A stretch of 63,628 bases of DNA, filler included. It is 6 parts of 6 records of this genome, joined end to end, with 100 filler letters (N's around TTAATTAATTAA, not from the genome) between each part and the next. Parts side by side here need not be neighbours in the genome. Positions count along the whole stretch, not along the records: positions 6,325 to 29,766 come from SRR2962707_2776; 5 more parts are not named here. One strand, 5' to 3'. Under the pieces are notes generated by a model, which saw only the letters and a program-made list of their open reading frames with translations, made no database searches and was not told the DNA's origin. Positions 18,209 through 27,403 of this stretch are shown here, piece by piece (position 1 is the first letter of the stretch; every line of letters begins with the position of its first letter). The translations under genes were made by a program, and so were the position numbers.

Positions 18209-19123
18209 TTAGCGGGTGCTTTCGAGCCCATAGACATTTTCGATATCGTCGAGCAGCAGATTGCCCGCGATATAGCCGCCGGCGGTGTTCCAGACGGCGT
18301 CAGAGACTTCGTGCACCTTGCCGGCCTGCACCACGGCCAGGTTCTGCCAGAGCGGGTCGTTGAGCCAGTCCTGGGCCTGGGTGTCGCCTTCACCATTGCC
18401 GGTCTCATAGGTGAAGTAGAACAGACGATCGCCTTCAAATTCTGGGATGCGTTCCTTGGTGATCTGCTCGGCAAATTCGGGCTTGTCCTGAGTCGCAGGG
18501 CGGGCAAAGCCGATCTGTTCCAGGGTCAGGCCGGAAAAGCTGTCCTTGAAATAGATGCGGGTCTGGCCGCCCATGAAACGGGCGATGGAGATTTCTTCAT
18601 CAAGGCTGTCGCCCAGCGCGGCGGAAATGGCGGAGATGCGCGCGTCATAGGCGTCGAGCGCAGCCTGGCCTTCGGCGCCCTTGCCGATGGCGTCGGTGTA
18701 AAGCGCCATATTGATCTTCCAGTCGCCGCGCAGACGCTCTGAAACAACTGTCGGCGCGATGGCCGAAAGCTGCTCGTAAATGGCTTCGTGACGGGCCTTG
18801 TTGGCCAGGATCAGGTCGGGCTCGAGCGCAACGAGCAATTCGAGATTGACGGCGGATTCTTCACCGACATTGGTGACCTCGGTCATCTGCTCGGCAATGT
18901 GATCGTACCAGGGATCGCCCAGCCAGGACTTGGCCGCGCCGACCGGAGTGACGCCAACGGCCAGCAGGGCCTCGGTGCCTTCATTGGTCAAAACGACAAT
19001 GCGCAGGGGATTGTCCGGCACGTCGGTCACGCCCATGGCATGGGTGATGTCACGCGCCTGGGTCGATATGGACATGGTGCCGGCAACGATGGTCGCGGCA
19101 ATAAGCAGGTGAGGACGCTGCAT
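18209..19123 (-). CDS. Iron-siderophore ABC periplasmic binding protein (paralog 8, YfiY-like)
   Basis: RIVVLTNEGTEALLAVGVTPVGAAKSWLGDPWY and VWNTAGG...LLDDIE recall the Bacillus YfiY subfamily. Confidence 0.85.
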   Translation of the reverse strand: MQRPHLLIAATIVAGTMSISTQARDITHAMGVTDVPDNPLRIVVLTNEGTEALLAVGVTPVGAAKSWLGDPWYDHIAEQMTEVTNVGEESAVNLELLVALEPDLILANKARHEAIYEQLSAIAPTVVSERLRGDWKINMALYTDAIGKGAEGQAALDAYDARISAISAALGDSLDEEISIARFMGGQTRIYFKDSFSGLTLEQIGFARPATQDKPEFAEQITKERIPEFEGDRLFYFTYETGNGEGDTQAQDWLNDPLWQNLAVVQAGKVHEVSDAVWNTAGGYIAGNLLLDDIENVYGLESTR

Positions 19124-19188
19124 CTTTCTCTTCCCTAACTTGACAAGAAAGCTCTTAAATTGGATGGCTTCATCCATCAGAATTTAAT

Positions 19189-19205
19189 CTGACTGTCAAC
19201 ATCAG
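19189..19205. promoter_or_regulatory. IRO/iron box (CTGA-N9-TCAG) in the divergent promoter of the iron island
   Basis: CTGActgtcaacaTCAG matches the TGA-N9-TCA RirA/Iron-Rhodo consensus; ACTTGAC half-site near 19138. Confidence 0.6.
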
Positions 19206-19219
19206 GATAAGAGGTTGTC

Positions 19220-20242
19220 GTGACCAGCGTGGTCGAGGGCATGAGCGGTATGGTTCGAGCGGACAGATCGCGCTGGCCGGTCTATGCAGCACTCGTGCTC
19301 GGCCTGGGCGTCGCCGTATTGGCCAGCCTGACCCTGGGCTATAAGCTCTATGGCCTGGACGAAGTCTGGGCGGCGCTGTTCGCCCATGATAGCTCTGAAA
19401 CCGCCACAGTGATTGCCGGTTTGCGTCTGCCGCGCGCCTTGATCGCACCGCTGGCTGGTGTAGCTTTGGGCATGGCCGGGGTGATGGTACAGACCCTTTC
19501 GCGCAATCGGATTGCGTCGCCCGACACGCTTGGCCTCAATGCCGGTGCGTCGATGGCCGTCGTATTGGCAACGGTGGTCTTTGGTGTCGGATCTTTGGCG
19601 GGCCTGTCGCTGGCGGCTGCGATCGGCGCGCTGTTGACCAGCATCATCGTCTTTGGCGTGGCGGCCGGGGCGGGGGGCTTGTCCCCACTCAAGATCGTTC
19701 TTGTCGGCGTGACCTTTGCGGGGCTTGCCCATGCGGTGGTCGAAATCGTACTCACCAGCAACGAAGCGCAGTTGCAGCAATTGCTGTTCTGGCTGTCCGG
19801 CGCCTTTGTCGACCGGCCGATCAGCCTGTTCTTCAACGGCTTGCCCGTTGTGCTGGTTGGGGCGGCGCTGGCCTTTACGCTGACTTCGGCCCTGGACGCG
19901 TTGCAGGCCGACGATGCGACGGCGGCCAGCCTCGGCGTGCCTCTGGTGGCGGTGCGGGGGCTGACTTTTATCGCGGTTTCGCTGCTGACAGGGGCGGCTG
20001 TGTCCATGGCCGGACCGGTGGCCTTTGTGGGGCTGGTGGTTCCGCATGCCGCACGGGGGCTGGTGGGGCTGCGCCATCGTCACCAGCTTGCAGCCGCCGC
20101 CTTGGTTGGTGCGATCTATACCACGCTGGCCGATGTCGCGGCCCGTTTCGTGATCTATCCCGTCGAGGCCCCGGTGGGCGCCATTACGGCGGTGGTGGGG
20201 GCCGGGACCTTGGTGCTGTTGCTGATGCGGAGGCTCGCGTGA
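19220..20242 (+). CDS. FecCD-family iron-siderophore ABC permease
   Basis: LRLPRA, QTLSRNRIASPDTLG, GPVAFVGLVVPH; exact start uncertain. Confidence 0.88.
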   Translation: MTSVVEGMSGMVRADRSRWPVYAALVLGLGVAVLASLTLGYKLYGLDEVWAALFAHDSSETATVIAGLRLPRALIAPLAGVALGMAGVMVQTLSRNRIASPDTLGLNAGASMAVVLATVVFGVGSLAGLSLAAAIGALLTSIIVFGVAAGAGGLSPLKIVLVGVTFAGLAHAVVEIVLTSNEAQLQQLLFWLSGAFVDRPISLFFNGLPVVLVGAALAFTLTSALDALQADDATAASLGVPLVAVRGLTFIAVSLLTGAAVSMAGPVAFVGLVVPHAARGLVGLRHRHQLAAAALVGAIYTTLADVAARFVIYPVEAPVGAITAVVGAGTLVLLLMRRLA

Positions 20243-21282
20243 GTGAGGTCGCGGCTATGCGCCGCCGGACGATGCCAGGGCCCACGACCATTGCCCTCCT
20301 GGCTGTGTTCGCTATCTTCGTTCTGCTGTTTCTTGCCGGCGTCGGTTTCGGTTCGACCTGGATACCGCTCGATACCGTCACCGGCATTTTGCTGGGTGGG
20401 GGCGAGCGGACCGACAGGCTGGTCGTTCTGCAATTGCGCCTGCCGCGCGTGCTGGCGGCGGCAATTGCGGGGGGCGCCATTGCCTATGCCGGTTATCTCC
20501 TGCAACGCATCACCCGCAACGAGCTCGCTTCGCCCGGTGTGCTGGGCGTGGTCGATGGTGCAGCGCTGGGCGTGGTGCTGTTTCTCGCCATCTTTTCCAA
20601 CGAATCCAATGCGCTCACCGTGCCGGTGGCCTGGCAGCCCCTGTCGGCGGCGATCGGAGCGATAAGCGCGATCGGACTGGTTTTCCTGCTCTCGGGGCGG
20701 CAAGCGTCCTCTGCGATCCGGCTGATCCTGTTCGGCATTGCCATTGCGGCGGTTGCAAAGGCGCTCACCACCATTTTCATGCTGATCGGGCCGATCTATC
20801 AGGCAGCCCAGGCCGCGCGCTGGCTGGCCGGGGCCGTCAACACCATCAATTGGAGCGAAGTCCAGATCATGCTGATGGTGCTGGTGCCGGTGGGAATCGT
20901 TGCCGGCGTTGCCGCGCGCAATCTGCCGCCGGCCGATCTGGATGATGTTTCCTCGCGCAGCATTGGCCTCAATCTGCCGGTCTATCGCATCATCATGTTC
21001 CTGCTCGCGGCCTTGCTGACAGCAGGTGCGGTTGCCTTTGCGGGTGGCGTCGGGTTTGTCGGGCTGATCGCGCCGCATATGGCTCGTCTGCTGGTCGGGC
21101 GCGGGCGGGTGCCTGGCATCGTCATGTCGATCCTGCTCGGGGCGATCATCCTGGTCGGCGCCGACCTCCTGATCCGCGTGGCCTTTGCGCCGCTTGAGGT
21201 GCCCGCCGGCACGGTGACCGCCATTATCGGGGCGCCCTATTTCCTCTATCTGCTCATGTGCAAGGACAACGGCAATGGATGA
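20239..21282 (+). CDS. FecCD-family iron-siderophore ABC permease
   Basis: LRLPRV, QRITRNELASPGVLG, GVGFVGLIAPH, IIGAPYFLYLL. Confidence 0.88.
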   Translation: MSEVAAMRRRTMPGPTTIALLAVFAIFVLLFLAGVGFGSTWIPLDTVTGILLGGGERTDRLVVLQLRLPRVLAAAIAGGAIAYAGYLLQRITRNELASPGVLGVVDGAALGVVLFLAIFSNESNALTVPVAWQPLSAAIGAISAIGLVFLLSGRQASSAIRLILFGIAIAAVAKALTTIFMLIGPIYQAAQAARWLAGAVNTINWSEVQIMLMVLVPVGIVAGVAARNLPPADLDDVSSRSIGLNLPVYRIIMFLLAALLTAGAVAFAGGVGFVGLIAPHMARLLVGRGRVPGIVMSILLGAIILVGADLLIRVAFAPLEVPAGTVTAIIGAPYFLYLLMCKDNGNG

Positions 21283-22072
21283 CCAGATCGCCAATCGGAT
21301 CGAGGTCAAGGCGTTGAGCCTGAGTTACGGGCCTGAAGTCGTGCTCGATGCGCTCAGCCTGCCGATCCCCAGCGGCCAGATCACGGTGCTGGCCGGTCCC
21401 AATGGTTGCGGCAAATCCACCCTGTTGCGCGCCATTCGCCGGCTGCATGCGCCGCAATCGGGGCAGGTGCTGCTCGACGCGGAAGATATTTCAAAGCTCA
21501 ATGGCAAGGCGCTGGGCCGCCGCATTGGCTTATTGGCGCAAAGCCCCAGCGCTCCGCAGGACATGACGGTAGAAGAGCTGGTGCGGCTGGGCCGCTATCC
21601 GCACCAGGCGATGATGCAGCCCTGGGGCGCGGGTGACGATGCGGCGGTTGCCGCAGCCATGGTGGGCACCGGGGTGGCCGAGATGCGGCAACGGCGTATC
21701 GGCTCACTATCGGGCGGGCAATTGCAGCGCGCCTGGATTGCCATGGTGCTGGCGCAGGAGACCGACGTGATCTGCCTTGATGAACCGGTCAATCACCTCG
21801 ACATGGCCCATCAACTCGATTGTCTCGAACTGGTGACCCGGCTCAACAAGGAGCAGGGCCGCACGATCGTCCTGGTGCTGCACGACCTGAACCTGGCCGC
21901 CCGCTATGCCGACCAGCTCGTTTTCGTCGCCGACGGCAAGGTGCGCGAGCGCGGGGCGCCAGAGACGATGATGCGTTCGGACCTGATCGAGGAGGTGTTC
22001 AATGTCACCGCCGAGATCATCATCGACCCGGTGCATAAACGCCCGATCTGCATTCCACACCGGCGCGGCTAG
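21275..22072 (+). CDS. Iron-siderophore ABC ATPase (FecE/FhuC-like)
   Basis: GPNGCGKST, LSGGQLQR, LDEPVNHLD, LHDLNLAARY. Confidence 0.9.
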   Translation: MDDQIANRIEVKALSLSYGPEVVLDALSLPIPSGQITVLAGPNGCGKSTLLRAIRRLHAPQSGQVLLDAEDISKLNGKALGRRIGLLAQSPSAPQDMTVEELVRLGRYPHQAMMQPWGAGDDAAVAAAMVGTGVAEMRQRRIGSLSGGQLQRAWIAMVLAQETDVICLDEPVNHLDMAHQLDCLELVTRLNKEQGRTIVLVLHDLNLAARYADQLVFVADGKVRERGAPETMMRSDLIEEVFNVTAEIIIDPVHKRPICIPHRRG

Positions 22073-22893
22073 AGTCGATAGATCCTTTTGGCGTTGGCGT
22101 TGAGCAGTTTTGTCTGCTCGTCAGCGCTGGCACCCTTGATGATCTCCCGCGTCGCGCCGACCCAGTCGGTTAGGGAACCGCCGAGTGTAACGACGGGGTG
22201 GTCCGAGCCCCAGACAATGCGGTCCCAGCCGAAGCTGTCGATGACGTGCTCGATATAGGGACGAATGGCTTCGAGCGTCCACTCCTTGCCGGCATAGGCG
22301 ATGATGCCGGAGATCTTGGCATTCAGATTTGGGCGCCGGGCGATTTCGGTGATGTGCTCACGCCAGGGAGAGAAACCGCCCACAGTGATGTCCTGCGCGC
22401 CGCAATGGTCGAGCACGAAGGTGACATCGGGGCAGCTATCGACCAGGGCCCGGCCAATGAGCAATTGGTTGTGGCGCACGCAGAGGTCGAAAGTCAGGTC
22501 ATGGGCCGCGAGACGCCGGACATTCGCGGCGAAATGGGGCGTCTGGCTCAGCGTATCGGGTGCCTGATGCAGGATGCGCCGTAGGCCGCGAACACCCGGC
22601 ACGGCGGCTAGACCTTCCAATTGACGTTCGAAGTCGGGGTTTTCCGGCCGGCATCCAGCGATAGCACCGGCTATGCCGTCCAGTTCCAGCACAAAACGCG
22701 ACTCTGCCTCTATGTCGCCTTCGTCGACATCGACCTCCATGTGCAGGGCCGCCTCGATGCCGAGCGGGCGTGCTTCGGCCAGGTAGTCCTCGATGCTCCA
22801 GGGGCGATTGATCGCCGGCGCACCCGAAAGCCAGGGATAGGCGAAGCGATCCGGATAGATCAGGTGCAGATGGGTATCGATGATCGGGATCAT
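22069..22893 (-). CDS. Amidohydrolase_2 family protein (sugar lactonase-like)
   Basis: IIDTHLH, GLRRIL, VLDHCG, AKISG, VWGSDHPV, NAKRIYRL. Confidence 0.8.
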   Translation of the reverse strand: MIPIIDTHLHLIYPDRFAYPWLSGAPAINRPWSIEDYLAEARPLGIEAALHMEVDVDEGDIEAESRFVLELDGIAGAIAGCRPENPDFERQLEGLAAVPGVRGLRRILHQAPDTLSQTPHFAANVRRLAAHDLTFDLCVRHNQLLIGRALVDSCPDVTFVLDHCGAQDITVGGFSPWREHITEIARRPNLNAKISGIIAYAGKEWTLEAIRPYIEHVIDSFGWDRIVWGSDHPVVTLGGSLTDWVGATREIIKGASADEQTKLLNANAKRIYRL

Positions 22894-22951
22894 GGCGCGG
22901 GCCTTGGTCGGTGTTATCTGGGTCTTCGAGTGCCGCATCGCTGGCACGGGG

Positions 22952-24298
22952 TCAACGCCGGACGCCGAGACGGTTCATTTTTTCGCTCAGGGTACGGCGC
23001 GGCACCTGCAAGGCGTCGGCGGCGGCGGCGATGGCGTTGTCATGGCGGTCGAGCTCGGCCTCGATCAGATGTCGTTCATAGGCGGCCACGCGCTCGGCCA
23101 GGCTGATCCCTGCGCTGGCGGGCGCCTTGTGGCCCAGAATATCTCCAATTGAGCGGCCTGTGGCGCCCAGCCCAAGCGCAAAGCGATCGGCGGCGGCCTT
23201 GAGCTCGCGGACATTGCCGGGCCAGCCATGCGCCAGCAAGGCATTGATATCTGCAGGATGCAGGGCAGGGGCCTGGCGGCCGAAGCGGCGTGAGGCTTCG
23301 GCCAGAAAATGGTGGAAGAGTATGACGCTGTCGTCGCCCCGATCCCGCAGCGGCGGCAGGTCGAGGGTGGCCATGTTGAGGCGATAATAAAGATCGGCGC
23401 GGAAGCGGCCGGCCTGGCTTTCTGCGTTCAGGTCGACCTTGGAGGCGGCAATGATGCGCAGGTCGAGAGGGATCTGCTTGTTAGAGCCGAGGCGCTCGAC
23501 CACGCGCTCCTGAATCACCCGAAGCACCTTGGCCTGGGCGAGCAGGGGCATGGATTCGATCTCGTCGAGCAGCAATGTGCCGCCATGGGCATATTCGAAC
23601 TTGCCGATGCGCTGGCCCGAGGCGCCGGTGAAAGATCCCGACTCATGGCCGAACAGCTCGCTTTCGATCAGCTCGGCCGGGATGGCGGCACAGTTGACGG
23701 CAACAAAAGGGCCCTTGGCGCGCGGCGAGAAGTCATGCAGGCAGCGGGCGACGACCTCCTTGCCGGTGCCGGTTTCGCCCAGAAGGATGATGTCGGCCGG
23801 GATCGGGGCGAGGTCGAGAACAGCGTGGCGCAGCGCCTGCATGGCCGGTGAAGCCCCGACCAGGCGGGTGGCCAACTCGTTTTCGCCCCCATCGAGCTTG
23901 CGGCGCAGGTCGGCAAGCTCGCGCTTGAGGCGTGCCTGTTCGGCCGCTCGGGTGATGGAATTGACCAATTGGTCCGGCACATAGGGCTTTTGCAGGAAAT
24001 CGAAGGCACCGGCGCGCATGGCCTCGACGGCCATGGGTACGTCGCCATGGCCGGTGATGAGGATAATTTCGGTGGGCAGGCCGCGCTCGGCAATTGAGCG
24101 CAGCAGGTCGAGGCCCGACAGACCCGGCATGCGCACGTCGGTCAGTACCACATGGGGATGAATATCATCGATGCTGGCCAGGGCCTCGCCTGCATCTGCC
24201 GCGGTAGCGGTCGCGAAGCCGGACAGGCGCAACCATTGTTCAAGCGCAGTGCGCATCATTTCTTCGTCGTCGACGATCAGGACGATTGGTTCATTCAT
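22952..24298 (-). CDS. dctD: Sigma54-dependent response regulator
   Basis: Receiver domain (VDDE, DVRMPG), AAA+ GETGTGKE, GSFTGA, FRADLYYRL, WPGNVREL, Fis HTH. Confidence 0.85.
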   Translation of the reverse strand: MNEPIVLIVDDEEMMRTALEQWLRLSGFATATAADAGEALASIDDIHPHVVLTDVRMPGLSGLDLLRSIAERGLPTEIILITGHGDVPMAVEAMRAGAFDFLQKPYVPDQLVNSITRAAEQARLKRELADLRRKLDGGENELATRLVGASPAMQALRHAVLDLAPIPADIILLGETGTGKEVVARCLHDFSPRAKGPFVAVNCAAIPAELIESELFGHESGSFTGASGQRIGKFEYAHGGTLLLDEIESMPLLAQAKVLRVIQERVVERLGSNKQIPLDLRIIAASKVDLNAESQAGRFRADLYYRLNMATLDLPPLRDRGDDSVILFHHFLAEASRRFGRQAPALHPADINALLAHGWPGNVRELKAAADRFALGLGATGRSIGDILGHKAPASAGISLAERVAAYERHLIEAELDRHDNAIAAAADALQVPRRTLSEKMNRLGVRR

Positions 24299-26133
24299 GC
24301 GGAAGCTCGTGCGGCGACACTGGCCGCCGGGGAAAGGGATATGGTGAAGGTACTGCCCTGGCCGGTTCTGGATTGCACATTGATGGTGCCACCGCTGTCG
24401 CGGACGAGGCCAAAGGAAATGGCCAGTCCCAGGCCAAGGCCTTTGCCGGCCGGCTTGGTGGTGAAGAATGGATCGAACAGGTTCGATATCTCTTCTGGCG
24501 CAATGCCCGTGCCGGTGTCGGCAATGGTGATCTCGACCGCGCCGGAGCGTTGCGTGACACCGATGGACAGGATGCGCATGGGCGCCTGCTGCATGGCGTC
24601 GGCGGCATTGGCGATCAGGTTGATCAGGACCTGTTCGAGATGCACAGGATTGGCCATGACCGCGATGGCCGGACGCGGGCGGCGATATTCGATATCCACA
24701 CCGACCTGGCGCAGACGATGATCGGTGAGTTCAAGGGCATTGGCGATGGCCGTGCCGATATCGGCCTGCATCGGCTCGCGGGTCTGCTTGCGGGCGAAGG
24801 TCTTGAGATGTCCGGTCAAGGTGGCCAGGCGTTCAACCACCTTGTCCATGGCCGCCAGCACCGGGCCCATTTCACTGCCGCCGCGCCGCTGGTCCAGCAG
24901 GCGGGCGCTGGCAAGATGGGTAGTGAGCGCCGCCACCGGCTGGCTGACTTCATGGGCCACGCCGGCCAGCGCTTGACCGAGGCTGGCGAGTTTGGCCGCT
25001 TGCACCAGATGCTCGCGGGCATCGTGTTCGGCTTTCTCGGCACGGACGCGTTCGGCTATTTCGGCGCGTAGCTGCTCATTGGTGGTGTGCAGGTCTTCGG
25101 TGCGCTCGGCCACGCGCATTTCGAGCTGGTTGTGATCGGCCAGGCGCTGGGCAACCAGGCGCCGTCGCTGTTCGAGCAGCACGATAATGAGCAGGACCGC
25201 CGCGCAGCCCAGGGCGGCGGCCGTCGCCATGGTGACGGCGCTGCCATAAAGCGGGGTGAGCGGCGAAAAGGAGAGGATGCGCCAAGCATGCTTGGGCAGG
25301 CGCAGCTCCTGCAGGACGAAATAGCCCGAGGTTTCCGGATCGCTGCCCGAGAGCAGGGCAAATTCGGCCCCACGCGAGTGCCAGCGATCGGTGATGATGC
25401 CACGATTTTCAACCCCGTTCTCGCCATAGCGCTGCTGGCCGGAAACAGCGGCAAACTGGGTCAGCGGGATGGTCTGGAGCGGGCGATAGCGCCAATCTGG
25501 CCTGGTGGATAGGATGACGACATCGTTGAGGTCGACAATGCCGATCAGTTCGCCTGAGCGCCACCAATTGGCTTCGATCTCGCCCAGATTGATCTTGATA
25601 ACAGCAACCCCAAGCGGTCCGTTTGGTCCCTCGACGCGCTGGGACAGGAACAGGCCCGGCACCCTTGTGGACATGCCGAAGGCGTAAAATTCTGCCCGGC
25701 CGCGCGCCATGGCGTCAGCAAAATACGGGCGGAACGAGTAATTGGTGCCGACCAGACTGGTCAGGGTCCACCAATTGCTGGCAGCGACCACGGCGCCGGA
25801 ATTGTCCATGAGAAAAATTTCGCTGGCGCCAGCGGTTTCATTGATCTGGCTGAGAAAGCCGTTGGCCGCTTCGATTGCACCGCTGTCGTCGGCGCTTTCC
25901 AGCACCGTGCGGGTTTCCCGGGCCTGCGAAATGGCCACCGGGAGATAGTGAAAGCGCTCGATAATGGCTTCGAGCGTGCGGTCGAACAGGGCGAGGCGCC
26001 GCTGCGCCTGTTCCTCGGCATCGCGCACGGCAGCGGTCAGGGTCAACTCGAACGCGACCCAAAAAACCATCAAAACGATGGCCAGACCCGCCGCGACAAG
26101 GGCGAGTTGGCGGCCTCCGATCCAGTTGCGCAT
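24295..26133 (-). CDS. dctB: DctB-like sensor histidine kinase
   Basis: TM + periplasmic Cache (GTNYSFRPYF) + TM; H-box LAGVAHEVSQP; FDPFFTTK, GLGLGL. Confidence 0.85.
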   Translation of the reverse strand: MRNWIGGRQLALVAAGLAIVLMVFWVAFELTLTAAVRDAEEQAQRRLALFDRTLEAIIERFHYLPVAISQARETRTVLESADDSGAIEAANGFLSQINETAGASEIFLMDNSGAVVAASNWWTLTSLVGTNYSFRPYFADAMARGRAEFYAFGMSTRVPGLFLSQRVEGPNGPLGVAVIKINLGEIEANWWRSGELIGIVDLNDVVILSTRPDWRYRPLQTIPLTQFAAVSGQQRYGENGVENRGIITDRWHSRGAEFALLSGSDPETSGYFVLQELRLPKHAWRILSFSPLTPLYGSAVTMATAAALGCAAVLLIIVLLEQRRRLVAQRLADHNQLEMRVAERTEDLHTTNEQLRAEIAERVRAEKAEHDAREHLVQAAKLASLGQALAGVAHEVSQPVAALTTHLASARLLDQRRGGSEMGPVLAAMDKVVERLATLTGHLKTFARKQTREPMQADIGTAIANALELTDHRLRQVGVDIEYRRPRPAIAVMANPVHLEQVLINLIANAADAMQQAPMRILSIGVTQRSGAVEITIADTGTGIAPEEISNLFDPFFTTKPAGKGLGLGLAISFGLVRDSGGTINVQSRTGQGSTFTISLSPAASVAARASA

Positions 26134-26178
26134 CAATGCGGCGATAGCCAGTTCTCCTCACTGGTTTATCAACGGTTT

Positions 26179-26226
26179 TGGCAAGATATTGCCAGCGGTA
26201 GGGCGTGAACTAGGCAATTTCTTGCC
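26179..26226. promoter_or_regulatory. Tandem GGCAA-N4-TTGCC palindromes, putative DctD enhancer sites
   Basis: TGGCAAgataTTGCCA 26179-26194 and GGCAAtttcTTGCC 26213-26226, 33 bp apart, upstream of a sigma54 promoter. Confidence 0.6.
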
Positions 26227-26279
26227 GAAAGTGTTATCATGATCGGCTTCAATTGCATATCTGCCTTGCAAATTTCGCG

Positions 26280-26295
26280 TGGCACGGCGTTTGCA
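26280..26295 (+). promoter_or_regulatory. Sigma54 (-24/-12) promoter of tctCBA
   Basis: TGGCAC-GGCGT-TTGCA, full consensus match. Confidence 0.85.
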
Positions 26296-26358
26296 GGGGA
26301 TGTGCCGGGCCTGGGGGAGGACATTCCAGGCCAATCCAATTGGGAGGATATCCAGAAC

Positions 26359-27342
26359 ATGAAAACCATCGTGAAGATGATTGCCGCCGGCCTGGTTGCC
26401 GGTTCAGCCCTGAGCGCCGCCGCCGTCGTGGCGCAGGACTATCCGACGCAGCCCGTGACCATCGTCGTGCCGTTCTCGGCCGGTGGCCCGACCGATACCG
26501 TCACGCGCCTGGTCGCCGCCGCCATGAGCGAGGATCTGGGCCAGCAGGTAGTGGTGCAGAATGTGGGTGGTGCCGGCGGTACGCTGGGTGTTGGTCAAGT
26601 GGCCGCTGCCGCCAATGACGGCTACACGCTGCTTCTGCATCATATCGGCATGTCCACCGCCCCGGCGCTCTACGCCAGCCTGCCTTATGAGCCGATGACC
26701 GATTTTGCGCCCATCGGGCTGGTCACCGAAGTGCCCATGACCATGGTAGCGCGCAAGGATTTCGAGCCGGCAACGCTCGAAGACCTGATCGCCTACGTCA
26801 AGGAGAATGGCGAAAACGTCACCTATGCCAATGCCGGCATTGGTGCGGCCAGCCAGCTCTGCGGCCTGCTGTTCCAGGATGCGCTTGAGACCAAGCTGAC
26901 CGAAGTGCCCTATCAGGGTACCGGCCCGGCCATGACCGACCTGCTCGGCGGCCAGATCGACATGATGTGCGACCAGACCACCAATACAACCAGCCAGATC
27001 CAGGCCGGCGAGATCAAGGCCTATGCTGTGACGACGCCGGAACGCATCGCCGTGCTGCCGGACGTTCCGACCATGGCCGAGGGTGGCGTCGAGAACTTCA
27101 ACCTCTCGATCTGGCACGGACTCTATGCGCCCGCCGGCACCGACCAGGCCATCATCGACCGCCTGACCCAGGCTCTGCAGGCCGCTTTGGCCGATGAGAC
27201 CGTTGGCAACAGCTTTGCCGAGCTGGGCACCTATCCCGTGCCGGCAAGCGAAGCCACGCCCGATGCGCTTGCGGAAAAGCTCGAAGGCCAGACGGCCCTC
27301 TGGGCCGAGGTGATCGCTGCGGCCGGCGTTGCCGCGCAGTAA
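26359..27342 (+). CDS. tctC: Tripartite tricarboxylate transporter substrate-binding protein (Bug/TctC)
   Basis: YPTQPVTIVVPFSAGGPTD, NVGGAGG, VPYQGTGPA, LPDVPT; GGAGG SD. Confidence 0.88.
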   Translation: MKTIVKMIAAGLVAGSALSAAAVVAQDYPTQPVTIVVPFSAGGPTDTVTRLVAAAMSEDLGQQVVVQNVGGAGGTLGVGQVAAAANDGYTLLLHHIGMSTAPALYASLPYEPMTDFAPIGLVTEVPMTMVARKDFEPATLEDLIAYVKENGENVTYANAGIGAASQLCGLLFQDALETKLTEVPYQGTGPAMTDLLGGQIDMMCDQTTNTTSQIQAGEIKAYAVTTPERIAVLPDVPTMAEGGVENFNLSIWHGLYAPAGTDQAIIDRLTQALQAALADETVGNSFAELGTYPVPASEATPDALAEKLEGQTALWAEVIAAAGVAAQ

Positions 27343-27352
27343 ATCCGAACTG

Positions 27353-27381
27353 GAGCTCCCGTCCCATTGGGGCGGGAGCTC
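27353..27381 (+). terminator. Stem-loop after tctC (mRNA stabiliser or partial terminator)
   Basis: GAGCTCCCGTCCC-ATT-GGGGCGGGAGCTC. Confidence 0.55.
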
Positions 27382-27403
27382 TTGTGAATAGGGAGGGGGA
27401 CGC

